A stretch of 59,958 bases of DNA from Legionellaceae bacterium (GTDB lineage: Bacteria > Pseudomonadota > Gammaproteobacteria > CBCSKA01): positions 1 through 59,958 of the forward strand of contig CBCSKA010000135.1 of assembly GCA_965140885.1 (NCBI GenBank), written 5' to 3'. A program made the position numbers and the translations under genes. Shown piece by piece: positions 19,308-30,084 of this stretch. The notes beneath the pieces were generated by a model. It ran no database searches and was not told the DNA's origin. It saw nothing but the letters and a program-made list of their open reading frames with translations. Each line of letters begins with the position of its first letter. Position 1 is the stretch's first letter.

Positions 19308-20432
19308 ATGGCGAAAAAAGATTATTATGAACTATTAGGTATTTCTAAAGGTGCATCAGCGGATGAAATAAAAAAAGCATTTCGTAAATTGGCAATGAAA
19401 TATCATCCGGATAGAAATCCTAATGATAAAAATACAGAAGAAAAATTCAAGGAAGTTAAAGAAGCGTACGATATTTTATCTGATGAACAAAAACGTGCGG
19501 CTTATGATCAATTTGGTCATGCTGGTGTAGATGGTGGAATGGGTGCTGGTGGTACTGGCCATGCTAATTTTAGTGATATCTTTGGCGATATTTTTGGTGA
19601 TATTTTTGGTGGAAATCAAGGAGGCGGTGGACGAACTTATGCTCAACGGGGAGCAGATTTACGTTATCCCTTAGACTTAACATTAGAAGAAGCCGTTCAT
19701 GGAACAACGACACAAATACGTATTCCAACGTTAGTTGAATGTAATGATTGTGATGGAACAGGTGCTAAAAAAGGAACCAAGCCTGTTACTTGTAAAGATT
19801 GCGATGGAAAAGGCCAAATTCGCATACAACAAGGCTTTTTCTCTATTCAACAAACGTGTCCCTCTTGTCATGGGCAAGGTAAAGTGATTACTTCACCTTG
19901 TAATACGTGCTATGGACATGGACGAGTACAGCAAAGCAAAACACTTTCGGTTAAAGTCCCTGCCGGTGTTGACACAGGTGATAGAATACGCTTAAGTGGT
20001 GAAGGAGAAGCGGGTGCTCATGGAGGTCCTAAAGGGGATCTTTATGTGGAAGTGAGAATTAAACCACATCCTATTTTCACAAGAGAGCATGCTAATTTAA
20101 TCTGTGAAATGCCTATTAGCTTAGCCGCCGCTGCTTTAGGTGGTGAAATTAGTGTGCCTACATTGGATGGTCAAGTTTTATTAAAAATCCCATCCGAAAC
20201 ACAAAGTGGTAAATCTTTCCGATTAAGAGGAAAGGGAATTAAATCTATACGTGGTGGTGTTTCAGGCGATTTGATTTGCCAGGTTTATGTTGAAACCCCT
20301 ATCAATTTAACGTCTGAGCAAAAAGAATTATTGAAAAGTTTTGATCAATCGATTAAAAATTCAACAAAGAAACATTCTCCTAAAAGCAGTTCTTGGTTCG
20401 ATGCAGTAAAGAATTTTTTTGATAAATTATAA
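19308..20432 (+). CDS. dnaJ: Co-chaperone DnaJ
   Basis: J-domain HPD (KYHPDRN), G/F region ([13 protein letters not shown]), and four CxxCxGxG zinc repeats. Confidence 0.97.
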   Translation: MAKKDYYELLGISKGASADEIKKAFRKLAMKYHPDRNPNDKNTEEKFKEVKEAYDILSDEQKRAAYDQFGHAGVDGGMGAGGTGHANFSDIFGDIFGDIFGGNQGGGGRTYAQRGADLRYPLDLTLEEAVHGTTTQIRIPTLVECNDCDGTGAKKGTKPVTCKDCDGKGQIRIQQGFFSIQQTCPSCHGQGKVITSPCNTCYGHGRVQQSKTLSVKVPAGVDTGDRIRLSGEGEAGAHGGPKGDLYVEVRIKPHPIFTREHANLICEMPISLAAAALGGEISVPTLDGQVLLKIPSETQSGKSFRLRGKGIKSIRGGVSGDLICQVYVETPINLTSEQKELLKSFDQSIKNSTKKHSPKSSSWFDAVKNFFDKL

Positions 20433-20447
20433 GTTTTGAGGTAAAGC

Positions 20448-20924
20448 ATGAATAATATACCAATGACCCCAGTTGGCGCACAATTATTGCGAGAAGAGTT
20501 AGATCACTATATAAAAGTCATGCGACCACAAATAATTAATGCTATTTCAGAAGCACGTGCACACGGAGATTTAAAAGAAAATGCCGAGTATCATGCTGCT
20601 AAAGAACAACAAAGTTTAATTGAAGGCCGCATCGCTGATTTAGAAGCAAAACTTTCAAATGCACAAATTATTGATATTTCAAATATTGAAAATTTAGGTA
20701 AAGTTATTTTTGGCTCAACTGTCACACTAATTAATTTAAATACGGATGAACAAGTAAAGTATCAAATTGTGGGTGATGATGAAGCGGATATTAAAGCACG
20801 AAAAATTTCAGTAAGTTCGCCTATTGCCCGTGCTTTAATTGGTAAAGAAAAAGAGAAAATTGTTGAAGTAAAAGCCCCAGCGGGTTTAATAGAGTATGAA
20901 ATTATTAATGTAGAATATTCTTAA
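20448..20924 (+). CDS. greA: Transcription elongation factor GreA
   Basis: 158 aa. N-terminus [15 protein letters not shown] and C-terminal [13 protein letters not shown]. Confidence 0.95.
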   Translation: MNNIPMTPVGAQLLREELDHYIKVMRPQIINAISEARAHGDLKENAEYHAAKEQQSLIEGRIADLEAKLSNAQIIDISNIENLGKVIFGSTVTLINLNTDEQVKYQIVGDDEADIKARKISVSSPIARALIGKEKEKIVEVKAPAGLIEYEIINVEYS

Positions 20925-20940
20925 CTCAGTACATTTTTAA

Positions 20941-20978
20941 TTCGCGTGAATATAACTTATTCACGCGAAGTTTTTTTT
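20941..20978. terminator. Terminator hairpin shared by convergent greA and the 792-aa gene
   Basis: ttcgcgtgaata-taac-ttattcacgcgaa followed by T8. The minus-strand stop codon (20977-20979) abuts the T-run. Confidence 0.8.
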
Positions 20979-23355
20979 ACCTGCCATTGCGAAGCGTAAC
21001 TGTTTGATTTGTATAGCTTTTGCTATCTTTTACTGATTTAAAGAAACCTATATCAGCTTTAATTAATTCCCCTTTAGTTTTTAGTTGTCCAAATGGAATG
21101 ATAGGGTAACTTTTAAATTTGTTAATGGCGACAGTAATGTTATCGCCATTAACAATATCTTTAATTAATTGCGTCAATTTATTGATAAACGAATTATTTT
21201 TTTCATTAAAATTCATTAAATGATCACAGATATTTTCAATAGCTTTATCTGGCGCCTTATCGTAATGAATATTCTTGATATCAATTTTTAATTGGTTGAA
21301 TGTTTCTTCGAATAACTTATATTTTGGGTCATCCGCTAGTAAATTCAATGCTTTTAACAGATTTGCTTTAATGGCGAGGATGTAAATAAATTGGTATTCT
21401 TCCTTTTTAATTAGGTTTGTGTTTTTTCTCAAAATATTAATAATAGTATCTGTATTTTCGTAGAGAATATTTTCTAAAAAAAATAAAGGAATTTTGAGGT
21501 TAACTAACCAAGATTTAATATCTGTTATCACCGATGTTTGTGAATTATCATTCAAGGTATCGAGCAATTGTTTATTAAGTATTTTAGCCGCCTCTTTATA
21601 TATCGCTTCTAATTCAAGATCGGATCCATTTTTGTTTAAATAGGTATCTATATTTTCCATAATAGCTATTATGGAAATTTCTTTGGGTTTTTTTTCTTGT
21701 TGTAATAAATCAAGAGCAGCTTTTAGAATTTTTAGTGTATTTTCTTTATCACTTAAGTTTATTGTACTAGATAAATTGGTAAGTTCAGTGTCATATTGTA
21801 TTATGAAGTTTGTTAAGGCTTTTTGATAAATCGCTTCAAAACGTTCTTCTACTATTTTTGGATCATTAAGAATTTGTCGTTTTCTTTCTTTATAATTAAA
21901 AGATAGGTTATATAACTCATTTTCTGTTTTTATTTGGTGCAAAATAGCATTTTTATTTTGTGATAAAATTAAAATAAAATCGACAGAATTAAATAATTCT
22001 GTTTTTAGCTGACTAAATCGATTATCGATAAATTTGAGATATTTATTAAAGGCGGTATCATCTGGGATATGGGGTTTTATCATTTTTCCTATATCATCTT
22101 GAGATAGCAGAGCAAGTTTAATGAATGTTTTCCATTTATCAATACGAAAGTCAATATGCTCAGCCATATTGTTTAAACCAAATTCTTTATCAGCAGGAGG
22201 GTTTTCCTTGACTGAACCGTTTGTTTTTTCAAAATAGATAGCGTATTTATGAGGGTTATTGTAAGTACTGTTTGTTGGGCTTGGTGTGAAAATATTTTCC
22301 ATGTCTTTAGCATTTGGTTTGCTTGAAAATATAAATGTAAAGAGTTCGGGAGTAGCAGTATTTTTGTTTAATATGTTAAATTGATACTCTTTCTCTTGAA
22401 AAAATGCGGTATAATTTTGATCAAAATCAATACGAGATAATTGCCTTTCACTATTGAAACCGTAATTATTCGCGTGTAAGTCATTTTCACCCATAGCATA
22501 ACTTGCCGCCATTAAGCTACCCATCCCTGCTTTAATGAGTCTATCATTAGGAATATCTTTAACTATGGGTTTTTTTGTGATTCGATCCGAAGGTATTATT
22601 TTCGTGTCACAAAAACTTTGAAATTCAGGAATGTGTGTAGAGTAGCTACCTATTATGTCTTTCTTTTCGTTTATAATGAGCCTAACTTTTGGTACTCTAT
22701 CAGGTCCTAATAGATAACGATAAAATTCAGCAGTACATACTTCACCTATAGGTTTGTTTAACTGTAAATCATCTGGGTGATAAAATTTTGCATAGCGAAT
22801 AGTGGTTGCATAAGGTAGCGCTTTCTCTTTCTTTTCGGGCGTTTTTTCTTTTTCTGGCTTTTCCTTTTTTAGCATTTTTTTTGTAAAATGGGTCGTTTCT
22901 AGGCCTATTTGAATGTCAAATTTCTCTGTTATTTTATCCAAAAATATTTTTATTCCATTTTTACTAACGGAATGCTTCGCTGGATTAAGAAGAGTATTTC
23001 TAATAGCATCATATAATTTTTTATTAAATTCACTTTCTAATAAGGTTTGTTTTATGAGAATTTCTTTATCATTGATAGCTGTATACTGAAGATGTTTGAT
23101 TTTACTGGGATCAATTATTTTTTCATGTTTTAAAACGAATTCAAGAAGGTTATTTTCATTCAGATAAAAATAAATACATCCTGTGTTAAATTCTTGAGGA
23201 AAATCTTTATTTTTTATAAACCAGGCGTTTTCTGCCTGAATTTCCGTAGGTACAAAATTTTTATCAAGTTTATTTTTGTAACCATAAATATTTATATTAT
23301 TGTTAATTAAATTTGGCATAAAAAGCTCGCTATATTTTTCTAATTTATTATTCAT
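20977..23355 (-). CDS. Large orphan protein with atypical protein-kinase-like core plus long helical C-terminal region (candidate secreted effector)
   Basis: 792-aa uninterrupted ORF. K190 (IRYAKF), E210 (CTAEFYRYL), D292-x-H-x-x-N297 (GENDLHANNYGF), D310 (RIDFD). Spacings K-E +20, D-N +5 and D-D +18 are close to canonical kinases. K/E/P-rich linker KKEKPEKEKTPEKKEK. Confidence 0.7.
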   Translation of the reverse strand: MNNKLEKYSELFMPNLINNNINIYGYKNKLDKNFVPTEIQAENAWFIKNKDFPQEFNTGCIYFYLNENNLLEFVLKHEKIIDPSKIKHLQYTAINDKEILIKQTLLESEFNKKLYDAIRNTLLNPAKHSVSKNGIKIFLDKITEKFDIQIGLETTHFTKKMLKKEKPEKEKTPEKKEKALPYATTIRYAKFYHPDDLQLNKPIGEVCTAEFYRYLLGPDRVPKVRLIINEKKDIIGSYSTHIPEFQSFCDTKIIPSDRITKKPIVKDIPNDRLIKAGMGSLMAASYAMGENDLHANNYGFNSERQLSRIDFDQNYTAFFQEKEYQFNILNKNTATPELFTFIFSSKPNAKDMENIFTPSPTNSTYNNPHKYAIYFEKTNGSVKENPPADKEFGLNNMAEHIDFRIDKWKTFIKLALLSQDDIGKMIKPHIPDDTAFNKYLKFIDNRFSQLKTELFNSVDFILILSQNKNAILHQIKTENELYNLSFNYKERKRQILNDPKIVEERFEAIYQKALTNFIIQYDTELTNLSSTINLSDKENTLKILKAALDLLQQEKKPKEISIIAIMENIDTYLNKNGSDLELEAIYKEAAKILNKQLLDTLNDNSQTSVITDIKSWLVNLKIPLFFLENILYENTDTIINILRKNTNLIKKEEYQFIYILAIKANLLKALNLLADDPKYKLFEETFNQLKIDIKNIHYDKAPDKAIENICDHLMNFNEKNNSFINKLTQLIKDIVNGDNITVAINKFKSYPIIPFGQLKTKGELIKADIGFFKSVKDSKSYTNQTVTLRNGR

Positions 23356-23546
23356 TTAACTACAGTAATTATATATTATGAATTACTTTTTTACACAATA
23401 GGGTATAAGCAAATTATTGTAAAATCGCTTAAATTAAAGCATTATTGACAACATTTGATGAATATACATAAAGCCTTTATTAGGTTATCATGCTTTTTAT
23501 TGTTACGTTTTATGACTGTGTAAATAATAGCACATTGGAGAAAAAT

Positions 23547-24851
23547 ATGGGCAGACAATCCACAACTAATGTTTCTCATTACTTAGAAAAAACAAATCAT
23601 GTAGCCGATAGTATAGAATTTACGGGTATACTGGGCTCCGCAGTAAATAGTGCTTGGTTTGAAACATTGATGAAATATGCAGGAACTTATCTTTTTACTT
23701 TTGCATTAATATTTAATGTTATTAAATTAGGTTTTTCAATTTATAATTTTTTCTATTCACGTAATAAAAATGCAAGAGAAGCTGCTTCTTTATTATGGAC
23801 AATGCTACAAGTTAGCTTAATTGCTGTTGCTGTGATTGGGATATTGGTTGCTTCAACAACGTTTGCTGTGATAACACCTATACTTTTTTTTACTGCCATA
23901 GCCGCAGATGCATTAAGGAATATTGCGCTACTTGCATGGAACTTCTTCCAATTTATTCGATTAGCTATTTTAATCGGCCAAGAAAAAAACAATAATCTCA
24001 TCGCTGGCTTACAATATACGGAATTAAAAAATAAGTATTTAGCGAATATGCGTCAACATTTTATAGGTTCTGTTGTTCTTTTAGCAGTGGCTACCGCAAT
24101 TTTATTTATTTTTGTATTTCCGCATATTGGATTAGGTGCTGTATCTGCAACTATTGTAACAGTAGGAGCTTTGAATATTTCAGTCGCAGGACTTACAGGG
24201 GTTATTGCAGGTATTTCACTTATAGGTTCATTGATGCCTTTGATATGGCAAACCTTTCAAAAAGCTTGCAATTATTTATATAATTCTCTGTATAGCGTTA
24301 AAATTAAATATCAGCCAGTAAAAGATAATGATGAATCAAATAAAATTGATACTCAAGAAAAACTTGAAAATTTAAGTAATGCAACATTACACTTTAATGC
24401 GTTTATGTATCAAAGTAATCATAGAGAATTATTGATTAAGAATATAAGTTATAAAAAGCCAACATTAGCACTAAAGGCATTAATTGAGATGCTGGATCAA
24501 AAAATAAAATCTATTGATGATCAAATGAAGGCGAGTCAACATACTTTTTTTACTTTCACTCAAACGTATCGTTATGAAAAATTAGAAGCATTAAAGAAAA
24601 TAAAGGATTTTTTAGAAAATGGAGTAACTGAAGATAATTTGGGATCAAAAATAACCACATTTGATGGTTTAATTGATTTTATTGAAAGACAGTATCCCAA
24701 TATTCAACAATCATTCTTTAAAGAAGAAAGTGATACTGGCAATTTGTTAAAAGCGCTTAAATGTTATGCTGAAAAATTTAATTTAACTCAAAAATCAATT
24801 AGTGAAGACAGTAGTGAATCAATCACAGAGGCTAAACCTAGCTTTAATTAA
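23547..24851 (+). CDS. Orphan polytopic membrane protein with soluble helical C-terminal domain
   Basis: The ORF opens at 23490. The ATG at 23547 follows ggag. About 5-6 hydrophobic helices in residues ~50-250, then ~180 aa hydrophilic. Acidic/Ser-rich tail SISEDSSESITEAKPSFN. Confidence 0.62.
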   Translation: MGRQSTTNVSHYLEKTNHVADSIEFTGILGSAVNSAWFETLMKYAGTYLFTFALIFNVIKLGFSIYNFFYSRNKNAREAASLLWTMLQVSLIAVAVIGILVASTTFAVITPILFFTAIAADALRNIALLAWNFFQFIRLAILIGQEKNNNLIAGLQYTELKNKYLANMRQHFIGSVVLLAVATAILFIFVFPHIGLGAVSATIVTVGALNISVAGLTGVIAGISLIGSLMPLIWQTFQKACNYLYNSLYSVKIKYQPVKDNDESNKIDTQEKLENLSNATLHFNAFMYQSNHRELLIKNISYKKPTLALKALIEMLDQKIKSIDDQMKASQHTFFTFTQTYRYEKLEALKKIKDFLENGVTEDNLGSKITTFDGLIDFIERQYPNIQQSFFKEESDTGNLLKALKCYAEKFNLTQKSISEDSSESITEAKPSFN

Positions 24852-24873
24852 GACTACTTTAACCATTATAACT

Positions 24874-24903
24874 AAAAAGGGAAAATTAATTTTTCCCTTT
24901 TTT
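24874..24903. terminator. Bidirectional terminator between the membrane-protein gene and ddl
   Basis: aaaaagggaaaa-ttaa-ttttccctttttt. Confidence 0.8.
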
Positions 24904-24925
24904 ATCATTAAACCATAAATAGTAA

Positions 24926-26020
24926 TTAAGAGGGTTGATGTATAGGTAACTCAAGATAAGTTTTTAAAGATTGTTGTTGTTCGAATTTTTCAAACGCTAA
25001 TTGGATTAAACGTTCGATTAATGCTGCATAACTGATTCCACTGGCTTCCCATAATTGAGGATACATACTAGTATTGGTGAATCCAGGAATGGTATTAATT
25101 TCATTAATATAAATTTTGTGATTTGGCGTATAAAAGAAATCTACCCGAGCCATACCACTACATCCCAGAATTTCAAATGCTTTTATTGATAATTCTTGGA
25201 TGTATTTTATACCATCCTGTGGTAAATCAGCGGGTATTTTCATACTTGCGCCTTGGTCATTTAAATATTTAGCTTCATAAGAATAAAATTCAAGATGAGG
25301 CACTATTTCTCCTGGGATAGAAGCAATGGGATCCTCATTACCTAAAATAGAACATTCTATTTCACGGCTTTGTATGTATTCTTCAATAATAATTTTGTGA
25401 TCATAAGTAAAAGCCAAATCAATCGCTTTTTCAAAAGCGTGTTCATTCGCAACTTTACTAATTCCAATGGAAGAACCTAAATTAGCGGGTTTTACAAAAA
25501 AAGGTAAACCTAATTGTTTTACGAGGGTAGAAAATTGAATTGACGCTTTTTCTTTTCGGTGATAAACAAGAAATTGACTGATAGGTAAGCCCGCATCACG
25601 CATTAAACGTTTGCTGACATCTTTATCCATACAAATGGCTGATCCGAGTACATCACTTCCAACAAAAGGAATATTAGCTAATTTTAATAATCCTTGAACA
25701 GTACCATCTTCACCCTGTGGACCATGTAATACAGGAAATACTACATCTATTTCAGGCAATGTTTTATGTTGTGTTGCATCCACAAATAATTCATTTTTTT
25801 TACCGGGTAATAAACCTAAATTTTCGCCAGATTGATTATCCATTAATAATGTTTGTAAGGAATTTTCTAAATGCCATTCCCCTTTTTTATCTATGGAAAT
25901 AATGTGGATATCAAAACGATTTTTATCTAAAGCATTAATAATATTACGTGCGGAACGAATGGATATTTCATGCTCAGCTGATTGACCACCACAAAGTATG
26001 GCTATACGGATTTTTTGCAT
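24926..26020 (-). CDS. ddl: D-alanine--D-alanine ligase (DdlA-length form)
   Basis: 364 aa. N-terminus IRIAILCGGQSAEHEISIRSA, ATP-grasp region, C-terminal EINTIPGFTNTSMYPQLW. Confidence 0.93.
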   Translation of the reverse strand: MQKIRIAILCGGQSAEHEISIRSARNIINALDKNRFDIHIISIDKKGEWHLENSLQTLLMDNQSGENLGLLPGKKNELFVDATQHKTLPEIDVVFPVLHGPQGEDGTVQGLLKLANIPFVGSDVLGSAICMDKDVSKRLMRDAGLPISQFLVYHRKEKASIQFSTLVKQLGLPFFVKPANLGSSIGISKVANEHAFEKAIDLAFTYDHKIIIEEYIQSREIECSILGNEDPIASIPGEIVPHLEFYSYEAKYLNDQGASMKIPADLPQDGIKYIQELSIKAFEILGCSGMARVDFFYTPNHKIYINEINTIPGFTNTSMYPQLWEASGISYAALIERLIQLAFEKFEQQQSLKTYLELPIHQPS

Positions 26021-26027
26021 AGACAGT

Positions 26028-26312
26028 CTACTTGTTTTTTTTATTTGGTGAGGGGCGATAAATAACTAAAATATGCCCTATCAATTGAATAAAAGCAGCT
26101 TGCTGTTGTTCACAAATATGAGTGGCCATTTCGTTTTTCTCAATACGGTTTTCCGCATTAATACGAATTTTGATCAATTCATGATCGTTTAATACTTGCT
26201 CGATTTCTTTATGTACTGCTTCTGTTAAACCTTGTTGTCCAATAATGACAGTCGGTTTTAATGAATGCGCGCGCGCCTTTAAATATTTTTTTTTCGGAGA
26301 TGAAATTAACAT
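26028..26312 (-). CDS. yhbY: CRM-domain RNA-binding protein YhbY
   Basis: 94 aa. LKARAHSLKPTVIIGQQGLT motif. Divergent from rlmE-ftsH as in E. coli. Confidence 0.82.
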   Translation of the reverse strand: MLISSPKKKYLKARAHSLKPTVIIGQQGLTEAVHKEIEQVLNDHELIKIRINAENRIEKNEMATHICEQQQAAFIQLIGHILVIYRPSPNKKNK

Positions 26313-26421
26313 GAAGTATTTACTATTTTGATAAATTATAAAACCAAGAGTTTAACCTAATTTTAAACTTATGTCATACTTAATACTAATTTATTATTGA
26401 AACAAACAGATAGGTAATATT

Positions 26422-27048
26422 ATGTCGCATTCGAAAAGTAGTCAGCGCTGGTTAAAAGAACATTTTTCTGATCGCTATGTTAAATTAGCGCAAAAAGAAG
26501 GTTATCGTTCACGTGCTGCCTATAAGTTACTTGCTATCCAAGAAAAGGACCGTTTACTTAAACCGGGATTAAATATCGTTGATTTAGGTGCTGCGCCGGG
26601 TGGATGGTCGCAAATAGTAAAAAAATGGGTTGCGCCTACCGGCAGAGTCTTTGCCCTAGATATTTTACCTATGGATCCTATTCCACAGGTGGAATTTATT
26701 CAAGGTGATTTCCAATCCGAAAATGTATTGAACACTTTAATGGGTTTAATTAATAATACGGGGATTGATATCATACTTTCTGATATGGCGCCTAATATGA
26801 GTGGAAATTATTCTATTGACCAGCCGAAAGCTATGTATTTGGCTGAATTAGCATTAGAATTTGTGAATAAAGTATTAAAAGTGGAAGGAACTTTTATAAT
26901 TAAAATTTTCCAAGGAGTTGGTTTTGACGAATATTTAAAAGTGTTACGTACACAATTTAAGCAAGTCGTCATCCGCAAACCCGATGCATCACGTTCTCGT
27001 TCAAGGGAAGTTTATTTAGTTGCAAAAGGTTTTAAGAAGAAAAGCTGA
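26422..27048 (+). CDS. rlmE: 23S rRNA (uridine2552-2'-O)-methyltransferase RlmE (FtsJ)
   Basis: 208 aa. SRAAYKL...[12 protein letters not shown]. Upstream of ftsH. Confidence 0.93.
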   Translation: MSHSKSSQRWLKEHFSDRYVKLAQKEGYRSRAAYKLLAIQEKDRLLKPGLNIVDLGAAPGGWSQIVKKWVAPTGRVFALDILPMDPIPQVEFIQGDFQSENVLNTLMGLINNTGIDIILSDMAPNMSGNYSIDQPKAMYLAELALEFVNKVLKVEGTFIIKIFQGVGFDEYLKVLRTQFKQVVIRKPDASRSRSREVYLVAKGFKKKS

Positions 27049-27140
27049 TATCTCATTATTTTTGAGGTATACTTTTTTAAACGTAAGCAAAATTTTTTTT
27101 GCTTAACTTAATTATTCAACGATAAATTCGAGGTTCGACA

Positions 27141-29030
27141 TTGAATGACATGGTAAAGAATATCTTTTTATGGCTGATTATAGCCTTAATCCTGATTTCT
27201 GTTTTTAGTAATTTTTCACCTCGAGAAAGAGCGGAACAACGTTGGACATATACGGAATTTTTAAATGAAGTACAACAAGGTAATGTTGGTTCTATTACGA
27301 TAGATAATCGTAATATCAAAGGATTAACACGAAATGATAAAACATTCATTACGTATATGCCACTAGAAGACCAACATCTTTTACCCGAGTTAGTGAAACG
27401 TAAAGTTAATGTGAAAGGTCAACCACCTGAACAGCAAAGCTTTTTAATGCATATTTTTATTAATTGGTTTCCTATGTTATTGCTCATTGGCGTTTGGATT
27501 TTTTTTATGCGTCAAATGCAAGGTGGTGGCAGAGGCGCTTTATCCTTTGGACGTAGTCGAGCACGTTTATTAGGCGAAGACCAAGTAAAAGTGACATTTG
27601 CTGATGTAGCCGGTGTTGATGAAGCAAAAGAAGAAGTAAAAGAATTAGTCGATTATTTACGTGATCCTGCAAAATTTCAAAAATTAGGTGGAAAAATACC
27701 TCGTGGTGTTTTATTAGTCGGTCCTCCTGGAACAGGAAAAACCTTATTAGCAAAAGCCGTTGCGGGTGAAGCCAAAGTTCCTTTTTTCACTATTTCAGGT
27801 TCTGATTTTGTTGAAATGTTTGTCGGGGTTGGTGCATCACGTGTACGTGATATGTTTGAGCAAGCGAAAAAATATGTATCCTGTATTATTTTTATCGATG
27901 AAATTGATGCCGTTGGTCGACATCGTGGTGCAGGTTTAGGTGGTGGTCATGATGAACGTGAGCAAACGCTTAATCAATTATTAGTTGAAATGGGTGGTTT
28001 TGAAGGCAATGAAGGCGTTATTGTTATTGCAGCAACTAACCGTCCTGATGTATTAGATCCCGCCTTATTACGTCCAGGTCGTTTTGACCGACAAGTCGTT
28101 GTGGGATTACCTGATATACGCGGGCGTGACCAAATTTTACGTGTCCACATGCGTAAAATTCCGATTGATCAAGATTTTGATCCTATGCTTATTGCACGTG
28201 GAACACCGGGTTTTTCGGGTGCTGATTTATCAAATTTAGTTAATGAAGCGGCTTTATTTGCAGCGCGAGACAATAAACGCTTAGTGAGTATGGCAGAGTT
28301 TGAAAAAGCAAAAGATAAAATCATGATGGGTGCTGAAAAACGCTCCATGGTAATGAGTGAAAAAGAAAAGCGTTTAACCGCTTATCATGAAGCCGGACAT
28401 GCAATTGTGGGTCTTTTAGTCCCTAATCATGATCCAGTTTATAAAGTCACTATTATTCCTCGTGGTAGAGCTTTAGGTGTGACTATGTATTTACCTGAAG
28501 AAGATCGTTATAGCCATACAAAAGAATCAATAGAAAGCCGTATATCAAGTTTATTTGGTGGACGTATTGCTGAAGAAGTTATATTTGGTAGAGAAAATGT
28601 AACGACGGGTGCTTCTAATGATATTCAGCGAGCGACAGAACTTGCTCGTAGTATGGTAACAAAGTGGGGATTATCAGAACGCTTAGGGCCTTTACTTTAT
28701 TGTGAAAATGATGAAGAAGTATTTTTAGGACATTCAGTCGCCAAACGCAAAGAAATTTCAGAAAATACCGCTTTTGCTATTGATGAAGAAGTTCGAGTAA
28801 TCATTAATCGTAATTACGAAAGAGCGAAAAAAATACTTCAAGATAATATTAATAAACTTCATATTATGTCAGAAACATTGCTTAAGTATGAAACAATTGA
28901 TGCTGAACAAATCAGTGCTATTATGAAGGGGCAATCACCTGGCTTTCCTAAAGATTGGAAATGTGAAACGAATCAATCTGTTTCAGCGCCACCAGATGTT
29001 GCATCTAATGAAACAAAAGAAAGTCATTAA
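27141..29030 (+). CDS. ftsH: ATP-dependent zinc metalloprotease FtsH
   Basis: TTG start at 27141, 7 nt after cgagg (alternative ATG at 27150). Walker A GPPGTGKT, zinc site HEAGHA. Confidence 0.97.
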   Translation: MNDMVKNIFLWLIIALILISVFSNFSPRERAEQRWTYTEFLNEVQQGNVGSITIDNRNIKGLTRNDKTFITYMPLEDQHLLPELVKRKVNVKGQPPEQQSFLMHIFINWFPMLLLIGVWIFFMRQMQGGGRGALSFGRSRARLLGEDQVKVTFADVAGVDEAKEEVKELVDYLRDPAKFQKLGGKIPRGVLLVGPPGTGKTLLAKAVAGEAKVPFFTISGSDFVEMFVGVGASRVRDMFEQAKKYVSCIIFIDEIDAVGRHRGAGLGGGHDEREQTLNQLLVEMGGFEGNEGVIVIAATNRPDVLDPALLRPGRFDRQVVVGLPDIRGRDQILRVHMRKIPIDQDFDPMLIARGTPGFSGADLSNLVNEAALFAARDNKRLVSMAEFEKAKDKIMMGAEKRSMVMSEKEKRLTAYHEAGHAIVGLLVPNHDPVYKVTIIPRGRALGVTMYLPEEDRYSHTKESIESRISSLFGGRIAEEVIFGRENVTTGASNDIQRATELARSMVTKWGLSERLGPLLYCENDEEVFLGHSVAKRKEISENTAFAIDEEVRVIINRNYERAKKILQDNINKLHIMSETLLKYETIDAEQISAIMKGQSPGFPKDWKCETNQSVSAPPDVASNETKESH

Positions 29031-29061
29031 CACTATTACTGTATAAATTTTATTAATTTTT

Positions 29062-29898
29062 GTGAAAAACTTTTCAATTCAATGTGCAAACCAATCCTTG
29101 GATTTAACCTATCCAAGGATTATGGGTATTCTTAATATTACACCTGATTCATTTTCTGATGGTGGGTTATATTATCCCTTAGACAAAGCACTTTTTCATG
29201 CTGAACGTTTAATTCAAGAGGGTGCAGATATCATTGATATAGGGGGGGAATCTACTCGTCCTGGTGCTGAATCTGTTTCTCTACAAACAGAATTAGATCG
29301 CGTCATGCCTGTGATAGAAGCTTTACGTCGAGAATTTCCCATTTTATTATCTATTGATACTCAAAAACCTGCTGTGATGGAAGCCGCTATAAAAATAGGT
29401 ATTAATATAGTTAATGATATTTTTGCTTTACAAGCAGAGGGTGCTTTAGAGATTATAGCAAATAGTGATGTAGCCATTTGCTTAATGCATATGCAGGGAA
29501 AGCCAAAAACGATGCAAAATAAAGTGTTTGAAGGTGATATTATTCAAGAAGTGAAACAATTTTTTGATAAAAGAATTAATGCTTGTGTTAATGCGGGCAT
29601 AGATAAAAAACGGATTATTATTGACCCTGGTTTTGGTTTTGGGAAATCCATTCATGACAATTTAATATTAATACGCGATTTAGCATTATTGAATGAAAAT
29701 AATTTACCTCTGTTAGTTGGCGTTTCACGTAAATCTACTATTGGTGCAATAATCGATGCGGCACCACAAGATCGGCTTTATGGAAGTTTAGCAATGGAGA
29801 CATTAGCTATTGTTAATGGAGCACATATTATTCGGGCACATGATATTAAACCAACAGTAGATGCAATAAAAATTACACATGCCGTTTTACATTCATAA
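29062..29898 (+). CDS. folP: Dihydropteroate synthase
   Basis: 278 aa, GTG start. ILNITPDSFSDGG and DIGGESTRPG motifs. Confidence 0.93.
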   Translation: MKNFSIQCANQSLDLTYPRIMGILNITPDSFSDGGLYYPLDKALFHAERLIQEGADIIDIGGESTRPGAESVSLQTELDRVMPVIEALRREFPILLSIDTQKPAVMEAAIKIGINIVNDIFALQAEGALEIIANSDVAICLMHMQGKPKTMQNKVFEGDIIQEVKQFFDKRINACVNAGIDKKRIIIDPGFGFGKSIHDNLILIRDLALLNENNLPLLVGVSRKSTIGAIIDAAPQDRLYGSLAMETLAIVNGAHIIRAHDIKPTVDAIKITHAVLHS

Positions 29899-30084
29899 TC
29901 ATTTTTTAAAAGATTAATAGAGCCAATGACGGAAGCAATTTAATTTATAGTAAATTAAAATAATTCTGTAATAATATTTTATAAAGAATTGAGGATTATT
30001 TAAAATATCCCTCACAAAAAATAGAGATAAAGGTTTCCGTCAAAAATGGCGGGATGAGTAATAGATAATATTTGAGAAGCAACT

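Noticed and set aside
19575-19615. Short tandem repeat gatatttttggt x3 in dnaJ
   Set aside because: It encodes the normal DnaJ G/F-rich linker ([13 protein letters not shown]) and is not an anomalous repeat.
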